From: Camelus dromedarius
Taxonomy: Eukaryota
Assembly (NCBI RefSeq): GCF_036321535.1
Contig: NC_087472.1
Span: forward strand, 38,254,001-38,318,000
Direction of reading: 5' to 3'
DNA length: 64,000 nucleotides
The notes below the pieces were generated by a model. The model saw nothing but the letters and a program-made list of their open reading frames with translations, was not told where the DNA came from and made no database searches. Both the position numbers and the translations under genes were made by a program. Below, piece by piece: positions 50,189 through 64,000 of this stretch (positions are counted from its first letter, which is position 1; each line of letters starts with the position of its first letter).

Positions 50189-50572
50189 TGTTATAGATTG
50201 AATGTGTCCTCCCAAAATGCAGAGGTGACTGTATTTGGAGACAGGACTTTTTCAGAGGTGACTGAGGTTAGATGAGATGATAAGCATAGGGCCCTGATCC
50301 AATGGGATTAGTGTCCTTCTAAGAAAAGTAAAAGAGACCAGACTCCCCCACTCCCCCTCTGCCTATCTTTCTCTCCATTCACATGCACTGAGGGAAGTCT
50401 ATGTGAGGGCAGAACAAGATGGTAGCCATCTGCAAACCAGGAAGAGAACTCTCACCAGAAGCTTAATTGGTCAGCACCTTGATTTTGGACTTGCCAGCCT
50501 CCAGAAAATAGTCTGGGTTTAAGCCACCCAGTCTATGATATTTTGTTATGGTAGCCTGAGCTGACCAATACA
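50189..50572 (+). mobile_element. MaLR solo LTR (MLT1/MST family)
   Basis: tgttatagattgaatgtgtcctccc...aagccacccagtctatgatattttgttatggtagcctgagctgaccaataca. Confidence 0.85.
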
Positions 50573-50825
50573 CAAGTACAGGATCATTAAACACTTGTTG
50601 AGTAACTGAGGACTGATCCTAATATTTATATTGGAATTACTATTTTTTTCAGAAATAAGACCTAGTAGGACAAAAGGAAGAAATAGGAGTAAAAAGAGGC
50701 TCCACATGAGAGATCTATGGTGGAGGATTTTTCTCTGATGAGAGTTTTTCTGTGGGGCTGCTGAGGGATTTCTTGCCAGAGTTTTACAGCAATATTACTA
50801 ACCAGCCTCAAAAATATCTTTTCCT

Positions 50826-51099
50826 TGGCAGGGAGGGATAAATTAGGAGTTGGGGATTAACAGACACTAATTACTACATATAAAATAGATAAACAACAAG
50901 ATTACTGTATCGCACAGGGAACTGTATTCAATTTCTTGTAATAACATATAATGGGAAAGAATCTGAAAAGAAAATATATATGTATGTGTGCATATGTATA
51001 ACGGAATCACTTTGCTGTACACCTGAAACTCACATTGTAAATCAACTAAACTTCAATAAAAATTTTTTTAAAAAGAAAAAAAGAATTTATTAAAATAAG
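50826..51099 (+). mobile_element. 5'-truncated L1 3' end
   Basis: 14-bp TSD aaatatcttttcct at 50812-50825 and 51100-51113. Confidence 0.9.
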
Positions 51100-53039
51100 A
51101 AATATCTTTTCCTGAGGATCTTCATATTCTGCTTCCTCCTTTCTTTATTTACTTGTGACATTAGGAATGCAATGGGAAATAAGAAAAATATTTGTTAATT
51201 TTACAAATATGTATTGAGTATCTTCTATGCTGTATAGTATGTCCATTATGGTATTTATTTTTTTACTGTAAGCCTGGGAGGTAGTTCATATTATCCCATT
51301 TATACGATGAGAAAATTGAGGTTAGCAGAGGCTAAGTAATTGCTCAAGGTTATACTGTTAAGTGGAATCACATAGTTAAACCTGTGTTTGATTTTTTTTT
51401 TTTTAATTATTTTCACTCTTTCTTTACCCTTACTAGCCAGCAGGGTGCGTTCTCTGCTCAATAGATCTTTACCTCTCAGCTTAGATCCATAGGGGAAACT
51501 GTGTCAATTGCTTTATATGTATCGTCTTAATTTCATTCTCACGACAACCCTAGGCATCTAGTGCAGTATCTAGCACGTAGTATGTATTCAATAAATACTT
51601 TCTGGGAGGATGACCATGTAATAATAGTAGAAACTAACATGTATTGAGTCTTCTATGGGTCAGCATCTATTCTAAATACTTTACATGCAATAACTCATTT
51701 AATTTCCACAACACAATGAGGGAGCAACTATTGTTATCTGAATTTTAAATATACCTACTGATTGTAACTTTTGGAGTTTTTCATAGGCATCTCAGACGCA
51801 ACATGCTTCAAATTGAGTACTTCTTCCCCAAAGCTCCGTTCCATACAACCACCCTTCCCCCACATCCTGCTCCCCTGAGTAGACATTTGTCTGCCTAACA
51901 TCCTATTGACCCTGCTTCTGGAAAAAGCATGCATCATTCTTTAGGGAAACTGGCCCTCCCTCATTCCATTGGTTCTTATGGAATTATGAATCACAGTACC
52001 TCCACGTCCCCACTGCAGCGGTGGGCGTGCAATCCAAGCAAGATCGAATTCTCTCTCTTAGGAATCTAAATGTCAAGTGAATATGAAGATGAAAGTTGGC
52101 TAGGGTTTGGTTACCTAATGACAGCACCCTTAAGAGACATTCACAATTTCCTGCTGCACAGAAACCCATAGTTGCAATCCTATCCTTTTTAAGTTCTGGT
52201 AGCTCAGCTCTTCCTTCAGTTGTGACCTATCCTACCTGTATCCTTCCAACGAATTCCATTTGTTTGTCTCTTGTTGTTGTTTAAGTTTCAGTTGGAGTCT
52301 TTGTTTTTAATTTTAATTTTAATTTTTTTGCTGTTTGCAATCAAAGGACTTTGATTAAACCAAACTCAGTGAACGGTACCATTTTATTTACCCAATAGCT
52401 TAAGTCAGAAACCTACTGGGCTAATAACACACTGCTATACACAAGTCACAAGTCTGATATTGAGTCTACTTCTTTAAATCTTTCTAATCTGTCTGTCTAT
52501 TCTTACAGCTACTGCCTTGATTCAGGCCCCGTCTTAACCTTAACTGCAGCAAAAGCCTCTTAGTTGGTCTTCTTGCTTTCTGAAAACCCACATCTGATCA
52601 TGTTACTCCTCTGTTTAATACCTGTTGTGGTTCCTCATACCATTTAGTATCAGTTTGAATTCCTTCGCTCATCACAAAAGGCATTTATGACTAAGCCCCT
52701 GCCAACAATTCTCCCTTTTGAATAAAAGATAGAATAAAACCACTGTTTATGTGTCAACATTCAACTGCCACCCCCACCTCACACACAATACAAACCACTA
52801 GGAAGGAGATATTTTCAAAATATTCACCCAAAAGACCTTAACTCCTGGAGGGGGCTGACCATATTTTATTCATCTTTGTACAGTGCCTACTCACAGTAGA
52901 CACACAAAACTTAATTTCCTTTGCTCTTTTTCCCATGCTGGATATTCCCCAGTAATTCCTCAGTGGTATAATTTCATTCTATTTCTTTCTTGCTTTGACT
53001 CTTCTGTACAAGCCAAAATGTAGACATTACTGTCTTTTC

Positions 53040-53517
53040 TTCCTTGGTGGGCCCCCAGTGAGCCCATGTCTCTGTGTATTCACACCCTATGTGACCTCTT
53101 CCATATCCTTCCCTTCCCCTTGAATCTTGACAGGTCTTGTGACTTTCTTTTAACCAATAGATAAAAGTGACTGTGCGAATGCTGAGGCGAGGTCAGAAGA
53201 AGTCTTACAGCCTCTACCTGGGTCACTTGGACCACTCCCTTGCAGAACCCAGCTATTATATTGTGATAAGCCCAGGCTATACGGAGCGGGCACAGGTAGG
53301 TGCTCCAGTTGACAGCCCCAGCTGAGTTCCTAGCCCACAGCCATCAGCCACTAGTGATATGAATGAGCCACCTTGAACATCCAGTACTATCGAGCCTTTG
53401 ATGACTCTAATCCCAGTCAAGAATTGCCCAGCTGAGCCTAGTCAACACACAAAACGTGAAGAGACAAAAATTTTAACTTTGCAGCGGTTGGTTACACAAC
53501 AAGAGATAATCAGAACA
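53040..53517 (+). mobile_element. MaLR LTR (MLT1G/H-like)
   Basis: ccagttgacagccccagctgagttcc...ccagctgagcctagtcaacac...gataatcagaaca. Confidence 0.7.
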
Positions 53518-55289
53518 CTTTATTCATTCCACCCTGTGTCTGAAAAAAGTTCTCATAGGTAAACTAGCTCATGTTGTAGGATTGAGGTTTCTTTCCTAGC
53601 CATACTACCATTGAGTCTAACAAATTTTTCCACCTAAGACAAGCATTCAGAGAAACTAACCTAGATGACTCAGCCTTAATCTACATCTTTTTGTAGATCT
53701 GAGTTTCTCTTTAAAAGGTTGAATATATTCGTTTAGATGTTTTAAAAATTAGGAATATTATTGATCATAGGATTTTAGTAACTGTAGGCTTATGATGAAA
53801 TATTCTGAAATTCATCCTAAGTAATGGCTGGGTATTTTTTCTTTTAACTCTAAATGTCCATCCTAGAACTCTTCTACTGTTAAGTATAGAACCCACAGAC
53901 ATCTTTATCACTACACTTGATCTCCAGGAGCAAATCCTTCTTCTGTTTGCAATAGAAAGGTACTTAACAAGACATCCTACTCCCATTTCTTTTTCAATGC
54001 TTCCCTTTCCCTTTTTCCTTAGTGTCTAGTCACTGAATTGTCAGTTTTTCTTTCATTTGGTATGTTTTTCTGACAATATATATCAATGGCAACCATTAAC
54101 AAGAACAAAGTTAACTATTTTCTCCATCTCACAACTCCTCCCTGCAAATTCTCAGCATCTTCTTGATTAAATATTTTTACTTCAAAGGAAAATTGCTAGG
54201 TAAAGAATCCTGAGTCCATCAACTATCATGTTAAGCAAAATGTTTCCTTCAAAACTAACTGGGTGTAGAAACAATGAAAGTTGATTGTCTTTTCCATATT
54301 AGAACTTAATGGTGATAAAGTGGGTGAAGAAGTAGTAATAATAATGGTTAACACTTATCAAGTGATCATTTTATACTAAGCACTATTCTAAGTACTAATT
54401 CATATAATTCTTATAACAATCTTGAAAGGAAAGTGGTATTATTGCCCATGTTTTACAGATAAGAAACCTGAGACCCAGAAAGATTAAATAACTTGCCCAA
54501 GACCACACACCTAGAATATAGCAGAGTCTAGATTCTAAACTAGGCAATCTAGCCTCAGAGTCCACTCTCTTAACCACTATATTACTAAGTCAAGTTTTTA
54601 TTCAATGCTTCCAGATACTCAAACTTTAAAGAATGGAATAGAAAATGCAGAATTAGTATCTATTTTTCTCTATGTTAGAAAATTATTCATTGGTCTGGAA
54701 ATGTAGAATGATTACTGCTATGAATATTATATCCAAAGATGAATTAAGCAAGACTTAAAACAACATTGCAACAATCTGTAAAAATTAAATTCTAGGGACC
54801 TATGCCAGTAATTTACTCATTGTCCCTCAACTCTACTCCTACCATTCTATAATTTGTGCATTTCCCAGGCTCTCTTCCCAACTTGCTGTTGGGGTCTGCC
54901 AATAAGAGGCAGTGACAGGAGATCAGAAGGTGGAGGAAGAAAGATGCTTCCTGCTTTTGGCTCTGTTGGGTCGTAGTTAACAGAAGCTGTGGTGGCAGCA
55001 ACAGTAGTTTCTAGCCCTGGTTAAGGTGATACTGCTTTGGCAGAGCTAGAAGTGATTGTGATGTCTCTCCATTTTGCTCTGCAATTCCTTTCTAAATCTT
55101 CGTAACTAATTCTTTTTTAAATTAAATTTCATGTTTGAAACATCAAGAGTAACTTCTTTTTACCTGGATGGAACCTAAAGCTCCGAAGAATTTAAAGATG
55201 AGACTATAGGAGCCCTATCAATGATCTTTGAGAAACTGATGGTTACAGGTATAGCATTAGAAGACTGAAACTGGCAAAACATTGTACTT

Positions 55290-55920
55290 AAAACAAAAAC
55301 TTTGGGGGTTGGTGGGGGAAGGAGAGAAATAGGTGAGGGAGATTAAGAAATACAAACTTTCAGTTACAAAATAAATTAGTCATGGGTATGAAATATACAG
55401 TGTGGGGAATATAGTCAATAATTATGTAATATCTTAGTATGGTGACAGATGGTAACTAGACTTCTGATGATCATTTTGAAATGTACAGAAATAGTGAATC
55501 ACTATGTTATGTAATAGGAGCTAACATAGTGTTGTTGGTCAATTACACTTCAAAAACAAACAATCAAACTCATAGAAAAACATCAGATTTGTGACCACCA
55601 GAGGTGGGGGGAGGGGATTAGATGAAGGTAGTCAAAAGGTACAAAGTTCTACTCATAAGATAAATTAAGTACTATGGATATAATGTACAGCATGATAAAG
55701 ATAATTAACACTGCTGTATGAAAGTTGTTAAGAGAGTAAATCCTGAGTTCTCATCACAAGGAAATTTTTTTTTCTATTTCTTTAAAGTTGAATCTATATG
55801 AGACAATGTAATCATTTCATGATGTAAGTCATATCATTATGTTGTACACTTTAAACTTACACAGTGCTGTATGTCAATTATGTCTCAAAAAAACTGGAAA
55901 ATATAAATAAATAAAAATTT
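55290..55920 (+). mobile_element. L1 3' end (laurasiatherian L1MA-type)
   Basis: tacaaactttcagttacaaaataaattagtcatggg...gtcaattatgtctcaaaaaaactggaaaa. Confidence 0.75.
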
Positions 55921-57110
55921 AAAACCTTTTTGTATTGTAAAGAATAACACACACAGAAAAATGAACACACAGAACCACACAGCTCAATGGTTTACCAAGA
56001 ATCAGCCATGTAATCAGCACCCACATCATGAAACAGAACATTACCAGCACCCCCTGAATCCTTCTGCCAATCACTAAGTCCTCTCTCTTCAGCAAAAGTA
56101 ACCATCAACCTGACTTTTATGAGAATCATGTCCTCATCTTTCTTTATAGCTTTACCACCTAAGCATGTATACCTGAACATAAATGGTTTAGTTTTTCTGT
56201 TTTTTAACTGTTATACATTTAATAAAAAACACTTATTCTTCTGTGTCTGGGTTCTTTAACTCAACATTATATTTGTGAAATTCACCAATTCTGAAACAAG
56301 AAACTGTAATAATTTATACATTTCATTACTGTATAATATTCTATTGTATGAACAAACATGGCTACCAAACATAGTGTGATTTCAGGATATATTAATAAAG
56401 TAGGTAAGTTAGGTAACATATCAGTGAACTAGAAGTCCTGCTTGAAGGATGTCCAAGGCAGTAAAGGTCTAGTTGTTTATACTTGTCTGGAAAAAGAGAA
56501 AGCTTTGGGCATAGAAGAAAAGGAGCCACAGCCGTCCTTAAGAGTTTTTTTTTAAGCTACCATATAAAAGAGGAATTGAACTTATTCTCTGTACTTTAGG
56601 ACCAATAGGTAGATGGTATAAATAAGTATATTTCAGCCATCTTGTCACTATATTCTTGTCCTTACCATCCCGTAAAGTTCTTGGTGATAATTTGGTCAGA
56701 TCAGCAGACCATAGCAGCCTATCTAAATATGGATAAACTTAACTGAACTGCATGGCTAGTTGCCTGAGTTCAGGGTTTTCAAATGCAATAAAATAGTTAT
56801 AGAAATGATCCTCATCTCAGCATTCTCTGCAAACTTTCTGTCGAGAGAGACTTTTCAACTGGAGCAAGCAGAGTCAAATCAATAGGAAAGATAGGCTAGG
56901 AACTGTAGAAGATACTGACCATATGAATCATAGAAACTAAATAACGTGAAGACCTCTGAGTTGGAAAATTAGGATGCCATTTGAGTTTTACATTATATTA
57001 CTCTTAAAAATAAATTCCTATAATAGGTAATGTTGAGAATTTTTCTAACCAAAAAGCGACCTCAAATATATGAAGTTAGAGGAAAAAGACAGATGAAATT
57101 TCTTGGAACA

Positions 57111-57112
<2 letters not shown>

Positions 57113-57142
<30 letters not shown>
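57113..57142. repeat. (TG)n microsatellite
   Basis: Perfect TG run. Confidence 0.95.
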
Positions 57143-57147
<5 letters not shown>

Positions 57148-57266
57148 GCTATCTGCTTTACAGAGTTATAAAATTCAAACAAGATAAAGTAAATACATGC
57201 ACTTCATAAAGTCCAAGGTGCACTAAACTAGAAGATGAGCTTTAAAAAAAAAACACAAGGTTTAAA

Positions 57267-57520
57267 ACAAAAACAAATACGCAGATACAGAAAAGAGAGT
57301 AGTGAGTACCAGAGGAGGAGGGGCAGGATGAAGGGCAAAATGGGTAAAGGGGATCAACTGTATGGTGACAGATGGAAACTAAATTTTTGGTGTGAGCATG
57401 TTATAGGGTATACAGAAGTAAAAATATAACATTGTACATAAACTTTAAAAAATAATATAAATAAATGGATGGTTTATTATTATGAATCAAAAATTTTAAT
57501 TAAAATTTTTAAAAAATAAA
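57267..57520 (+). mobile_element. L1 3' end fragment
   Basis: ggtaaaggggatcaactgtatggtgacagatggaaac; short TSD acaaggttt on both sides. Confidence 0.7.
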
Positions 57521-58299
57521 AATAACAAGGTTTCAAATAACTCTTAGAAGAATCAGACTGAAGTTCTAAACCAGGGTTTAGTCTGAATAATTTTTCAGAA
57601 ATGAGACTCCTAAAATTTTCCTGATGAGATTCTGAACAGAATTAAAGATATAATAAGAATTAACCTCTAGAGAGGGAGTTAATTTTATGAATGTTGAATA
57701 AACACAAAAGGGTACCATTATACATTAGGCCCTCAAGTCAAAATTTTGCTAAGAAAAAGCCTCTTCTAATCTACCACCTCACTAAATACACTACCAGAGG
57801 TTTTCTTTTTATAGACTGGCCAAAGGACTAAAGGCGTTGCTTAAACAGTAATTGCAGAGACTGATAACCAAATTATTGCTAAAGTCTATTCCGCTAACCT
57901 AAGCGTACTGAAGAAAGGGATATGGAAACTGATGTTAACAGTAGGATCAAAAGGCTTTCTCACAGCCTTCAAATTCTAAAGATTTTGGTGGAGAATTTCA
58001 GTCATTTGTAATAATACAAGTACAATGATTTCAATTATACCTCTCTCAATTTACCATTAGCCATAGTAGAATACCTTATTGTACCTATGTGTTGGGGGAA
58101 AATAGAAATGGAGAAAAAACAGAATACTTATGAAAAATTCACATCTAATAGAAAAACCAAATAGATGTGTTTGGGTATTTCTTTTTGAGGTTAGAGAAAA
58201 TGAAAAGACAAAATAGAAATAAAAATGTTATTTAAAAGTTGCAGAAGACAGAAAATTATAAAATATTGCTGAAAATTTTTTAAAAAGCTAAATATACCA

Positions 58300-61200
58300 T
58301 TCTGGTGAGGGATGGTGATAATATGGGAAGCTGTGCATGTGTGGGAGCAGAGGCTCTCTCCAAATTTGTTGTAAACCAAACTGCTCTAAAAAAAATAGCC
58401 TTAAAATTAAAAAGAAAAGCTAAATAAATGGCTTGATATACTACATTCATGGATTAAAAAAACTCATTACTTTTAATATATTAATTTTACCTAAATTGAT
58501 ACATAGATTCAATACCAGCTCAATAAACATGCCAACTAGTTTTGTTGTAGAAATCAACAAGATGATTCTATAATCTACATGGAAGTGCAAAGGTCTTAGA
58601 AGAACCAAAGCAATCTTCAACAAAAACAAAGCTGGAGGGCTTTCACTATTAGATATCAAGGCTTGTCTTAGAATGCTACGGTAACTAAGACAGTGTGATA
58701 TTTGTGTCATGACAGTCAAATATAGCAATGGGAGGAGTGACATCAGCTAGATGGCCACCTAAGATGTTCTTTGCTCATATTCCCCCTCAACATCAATTTG
58801 GCACCTATCTACAGACAAAAGTGCCTTTGTGGGAGCTGTGGGTTCCAAGTAAGAGACTGTGAAAGCCTGGTACAGTCTAAGGTTGCAGAGAGCTGTTTTG
58901 AGAAGATCAGCCTGTGCTCAGGCTGCTGACTTGCCTACCAAAGCCCTAGCTATAGACCCAGAAACAGCTCCATAAACCTGAAGATCTGACTACCACACCA
59001 TTTAGCTTTCATTCTGTCAGCAGCACCAAATGGCAATGGATTTGGGAGGATTCACACCATCTGTATGTCAGGTAATAGGCATACAGATCTCAGAAAAGGA
59101 AGAACAAACTAAGCCCAAAGTTAGCAGAAGAAAGTAAATAACAAAGATTAGAGTAAAAATAAATAAAATACAGGCCAGAAAAATAATAGAAAAGATCTAC
59201 AAAACTAAGAATTGTTTTTTGAAAAGATGAACAAAATAAACTTTTAGCTACAATAAGAAAAAATAGACAAGACTCAAGTAAAATCAGGTATGAAAGAAGA
59301 GACATGACAACTGATACACAGAAATATGTAGGATCATAAAGATTGCCATAAACAATTATATGGCAACAAACTGGATATCCCAGAAGAAACAGATAAATTC
59401 CTAGAAACATACAACCAAGACTGAATCATGAAGAAATAGAAAATTCTACACAAACCAATAGTAAGTAAGGACACTGAATCAGTAATCAAAACCCTCCCTA
59501 CAACAACAAAAAGCCATGTAAACGTGCTTAATATCACCAATCATCAGGGAAATGCAATCAAAATCACAGTGAGATATCACCTCACACCTTTTAGGATGGC
59601 TATTAACTCACCCTACCCCCCCCCCAAAAAACCCAAAATAACAAGCATTGTCAAGGATATGGAGAAAAGACGGCCCTTGGAAATTGTTANNNNNNNNNNN
59701 NNNNNNNNNNNNNNNNNNNNNNNNNNNNNNNNNNNNNNNNNNNNNNNNNNNNNNNNNNNNNNNNNNNNNNNNNNNNNNNNNNNNNNNNNNNNNNNNNNNN
59801 NNNNNNNNNNNNNNNNNNNNNNNNNNNNNNNNNNNNNNNNNNNNNNTTCATTGCACTATTATTCACAATAGCAACCTAAATGTCTATTAATTGATGANNN
59901 NNNNNNNNNNNNNNNNNNNNNNNNNNNNNNNNNNNNNNNNNNNNNNNNNNNNNNNNNNNNNNNNNNNNNNNNNNNNNNNNNNNNNNNNNNNNNNNNNNNN
60001 NNNNNNNNNNNNNNNNNNNNNNNNNNNNNNNNNNNNNNNNNNNNNNNNNNNNNNNNNNNNNNNNNNNNNNNNAATATAATGCTATTGCCAGGGACTGGAA
60101 TGGAGGGGGAACAGGGAGGTCAAAGTTTCAGTAAAAATTAATTAATTAATTAATTAATAATAAAAAAACAAGATACATTGTACTTCTATATACTTNNNNN
60201 NNNNNNNNNNNNNNNNNNNNNNNNNNNNNNNNNNNNNNNNNNNNNNNNNNNNNNNNNNNNNNNNNNNNNNNNNNNNNNNNNNNNNNNNNNNNNNNNNNNN
60301 NNNNNNNNNNNNNNNNNNNNNNNNNNNNNNNNNNNNNNNNNNNNACCTAAATAGATGGAAAGAAATCTGGTATTCGTGGATCAGAAGACCTAAAGTTGTT
60401 ACGATGGCACTACTCCCCAAACTAATCTACAGTTTCAGTGCATTCCCTATCAAAATTCCAATTACCTTTCTTTACAGATATTGACCAGCTAATCCTAAAC
60501 TTCATATGTAAATGTAAAGGACTCAAAATAGCCAAAACAATATTGAAAAAGAAGAAAAATGTTGGAACTTTTACACCTAAAAACTTACCACAAAGCTACA
60601 CTAACCAAGACAATGTGATACTGACTTAAGAACAGACATAAAGAGCATTGGAACCAAACTGAAAGTCAACAAATAAACTTCAACATACTTCTATAGCCAA
60701 CTGATTTTTGACAAGGACACCAGAACAACTCAATGGAGGAAATAAAAGCCTTTTTAATAAATGGTGTTGGAACAAATGTCTATCTCCACATGAAAAAATG
60801 AATTTGAACCTCTAACTTGCACAGTATAAAAATTAACTCAAAATGGATAAAAGATCTAAACACAAAAGCTAGGACTATAATACTCTTAGAAGAAAACGAT
60901 GTAAATTCTAATGACCTTTGATTAGGCAACAGTTTCTTAGACATCACAACTAAAGCACAACCAACCAATGATAAAATAGATTAGACTTCATCAAAAATTT
61001 TTAAATGTTGTTCATTAAGAGGCACTATCAAGAAAGTGTAAAGGCAACCCTTTATTTGCAAATCATACATATATGTGATAAGCATCTTGAATTCAGACTA
61101 TATAAAGAAGTCTTACAATTAAACAACAAAAAGACAAACAACCTAATTTAAAAAAGCGCAAAGGACTCAAATAGGCACTTCTCCAAAAAAGATACACGAT

Positions 61201-61950
61201 GTCCAACAAGACACAAAAAGATGCTCAACATCATGTCATTAGGTAAATGAAAATCAAATCCACAATGAAATACCACTTCACACCCACTAGCATGGCTAAC
61301 ATTTTTAAAAATAAAAAATAACAATTATTAGCAAAGATGTGGAAAAAATGGAGCCCTCATACATTGCTAACGAGAATGAAAAACGGTGCACTTTGGAAAA
61401 CAGTTTGGCAGTTCCTCAATAAGTTAAACATATAATTACCATATGACCTTGCAATTCTATTCCTAGGTATACACCCTAAAGAACTGAAACACAGGTGTTA
61501 AAATNNNNNNNNNNNNNNNNNNNNNNNNNNNNNNNNNNNNNNNNNNNNNNNNNNNNNNNNNNNNNNNNNNNNNNNNNNNNNNNNNNNNNNNNNNNNNNNN
61601 NNNNNNNNNNNNNNNNNNNNNNNNNNNNNNNNNNNNNNNNNNNNNNNNNNNNNNNNNNNNNNNNNNNNNNNNNNNNNNNNNNNNNATTATGCATATGAAA
61701 GTGGTCAGACCCAAAAGGCAGCATATCCTATGATTCTATTTACATGAAATATCCAGCATATCGGGCTGGGAGAAGGGGGAAAATGAGGAGCAACTGCTTA
61801 ACAGGTGTGGAGTTTTCTTTTTGGGTAATGAAAAAGTTCTTACCAAAAAAAAAATCATCTTACCAAATCTAGTCTTACGAAGTTTGTAAAGAAACCTAAT
61901 AACACAAAAATGCAAAATATGAAACATTTAAATTGTCAAAGTTAAACCTA
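58300..61950 (+). mobile_element. Cluster of fragmented, nested L1 (ORF2 relics, 5' UTR-like piece, 3' ends)
   Basis: Decayed ORF2 segments at 58440-58730, 59085-59520 and 60340-61500 with stops and frameshifts; several N-gaps. Confidence 0.85.
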
Positions 61951-62365
61951 TTGGTGACAGAATAAGACACAAAATGCTAAGAAAAAAATTTAATCCTCAC
62001 TAATGGCAAGAAAAATCTGAGATCTAAGCTAAAAAGAGTTAATGTAGTTATTAGCCAGTATGTCTGCTCTTATGTAAATGGCTAATAGGGGTAGGGTTTT
62101 TCGAGAAGTATAGATCCCAGCAAGACTCAATTACTGTCTGACCCCGAGACTCTAAGTCATAGGCCAAGAATCCTCAAGCTGAGGGAAACTCAATTCATTT
62201 CCAAACACTAGGGAAATGGAACTTTGAAGTCTGGACGGGCAGAAATCAGAAGAATTGTATTCTAGTTCCCCATTCAACTCAACACACTCATTTTTCCTAC
62301 TCTTTCTCCGCCCGCAGAGGCTAGATAGCAGAGATTGAATTCTTAATTTCTTGTAGTGGGGTAAA

Positions 62366-62384
62366 CGTCCAGCAGGGGGAGATG
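62366..62384 (+). promoter_or_regulatory. CTCF-like motif
   Basis: CCAGCAGGGGGAG versus core CCASYAGRKGGCR, one mismatch, in non-repeat sequence. Confidence 0.25.
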
Positions 62385-63139
62385 GTAGGCTAGCCTAGAT
62401 TCTGCAATAACACAAAATTCTAAACACGACTTAGATTTTCTAAGAGCATCTTAGAAACTGGGTTAAATAATTGAAATAAGCCTAATTTTTATAATTCTCA
62501 CCAAACTAAATAGATTAATAATTTTTTTAAGATTATCCAGTTAAAAACGTGAAAAAGTCCCAACTCTATTTAAAATATCATTCACTCTGGCTGTATCTTC
62601 ATTCAGGAATAGGGGAAATTAACTAAATGTTTTGTTAGAAATCCACTTGGGCTTTATTCGTTTGAAAACAGCCACTATAGCTATATTATATATTTTATTC
62701 TTGGTAGAAAAATATGTAAATGCCTCTAAAATTGATCAAAACTTTTTTAAGAGAAAGAATACTATGGCAATTTTTACTCACAATTTAGTAACCTACTCCC
62801 ACTTATCTATCTGTACTTCAGAAAATTATTCCAGCATGTCTGTTTTCCTTGCTGACCCTAAAATATCTCAAATAAATATGTAAATCTGGTATTTACCTTT
62901 AAAAATTCTTAAAAATACTTGATAGCTGCACAATTACCACAGAAAATTCTCTGCATGTTCCTAATTTCCTAGATTGGAAGAGGATAAGGTATGAGACAGA
63001 AGACAAGTAAATAATGATTTTATGACTATATTTTTTCCAAATTTGTTATTATACAATTAAGGTAATTAGTATGCAAACATGAGATCGTTAAGATTACTCA
63101 TCTCAGCCTTTTCCAAAACAGGAGTTGAAACAGCTCTTA

Positions 63140-64000
63140 TAAGTTTTTTTTAAACAACTTTAGTGATATAATGTATTAACATAAAACTCAGTGGTTTATA
63201 TTATATTTACAGAGCTTAGGACACTTTTATCACCTTAAAAAGAAACCTCATACCTATTAACAGTCACTTCCCATTTTAGTCNNNNNNNNNNNNNNNNNNN
63301 NNNNNNNNNNNNNNNNNNNNNNNNNNNNNNNNNNNNNNNNNNNNNNNNNNNNNNNNNNNNNNNNNNNNNNNNNNNNNNNNNNNNNNNNNNNNNNNNNNNN
63401 NNNNNNNNNNNNNNNNNNNGGTTCACAGACAGCCATCTTCTTGCTCTAACCTTACCTGATGAAAGGGTAAGGAAGCTCTCTGGGGTCTCTTTTATAAGGG
63501 CACTCTCCCATTCATAAGGGAAAGTTTGTGTCCCCCACCCAAATTCTCAAAGGCCCCCAACTCCAAATATCATCACTTGGGAATTCAGCATATGAATTTG
63601 GTGAGGGGACACAAACTTTCAGTCTATAGTACTCCCCATTATCTTCACCCTATCCCCGCCAGCCCTAGACAAACACCTAACTACTTTCTGTCTTCATAGA
63701 TTTGCCTGTTGTGAATATTTTCAAATAAATGAAACCACTCAATATGTGCTCTTTTGTGGCTGTCTTATTTCACTTTGTATAGTGTTTTTGACTTTTATCC
63801 TACTGTAATGTTTGGCTTCTTCATCCCACTTTTTTTTTTTTTTTTTTTTTTGCTAAGCAGTATTCCTTTATATGCATAAAACATACTAAATAGCATGCTT
63901 TGCTTCTTCATTCATCAGTAGGACATTTGGGTAGACTCCACTTTAGGGCTATTACGAATAATGCTGCTATGAACATTTGTGTACAAGTTTTTGTGAAGAC
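63140..64000 (-). mobile_element. L1M 3' end with nested MaLR LTR (about 63280-63630)
   Basis: L1 gggctattacgaataatgctgctatgaacatttgtgtacaag; LTR end atatgaatttggtgaggggacacaaactttcagtctatag. Confidence 0.75.

Noticed and set aside
58440-61500. Intact L1 ORF2
   Set aside because: Fragmented, with many stops, frameshifts and gaps.
47000-64000. CENPI 3' exons
   Set aside because: No CENPI-like peptide recognised; the gene probably lies beyond the window.
1-64000. CRISPR arrays, rRNA or prokaryotic systems
   Set aside because: None seen; the sequence is mammalian intron/exon and repeat DNA.

Overview
Mammalian genomic DNA, most likely a camelid (two tRNA-Ala-derived Vic-1-type SINEs). Positions 1-36.3 kb hold most of the dystrophin-related protein 2 gene (DRP2, X-linked in placentals) on the minus strand. 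I traced 20 coding exons (human exons 3-22) with canonical GT/AG ends and consistent phases; exon 15 lies almost entirely in an N-gap, and the last two exons lie left of position 1. Two candidate non-coding 5' exons (about 31.8 and 36.2 kb) and a CpG-rich candidate internal first exon (about 23.0 kb) are proposed. The upstream 37-64 kb is mostly repeats (L1, L2, MIR, MaLR). It contains one unexpected insert: a decayed copy of CADPS (CAPS1) exon 3 that is spliced to the end of exon 2 at its 5' side but runs into an intact GTAAGG donor at its 3' side, which suggests a semi-processed retrocopy. Exon numbers, reference proteins and repeat family names come from memory, not from a database search; repeat boundaries are approximate unless target-site duplications (TSDs) are quoted.
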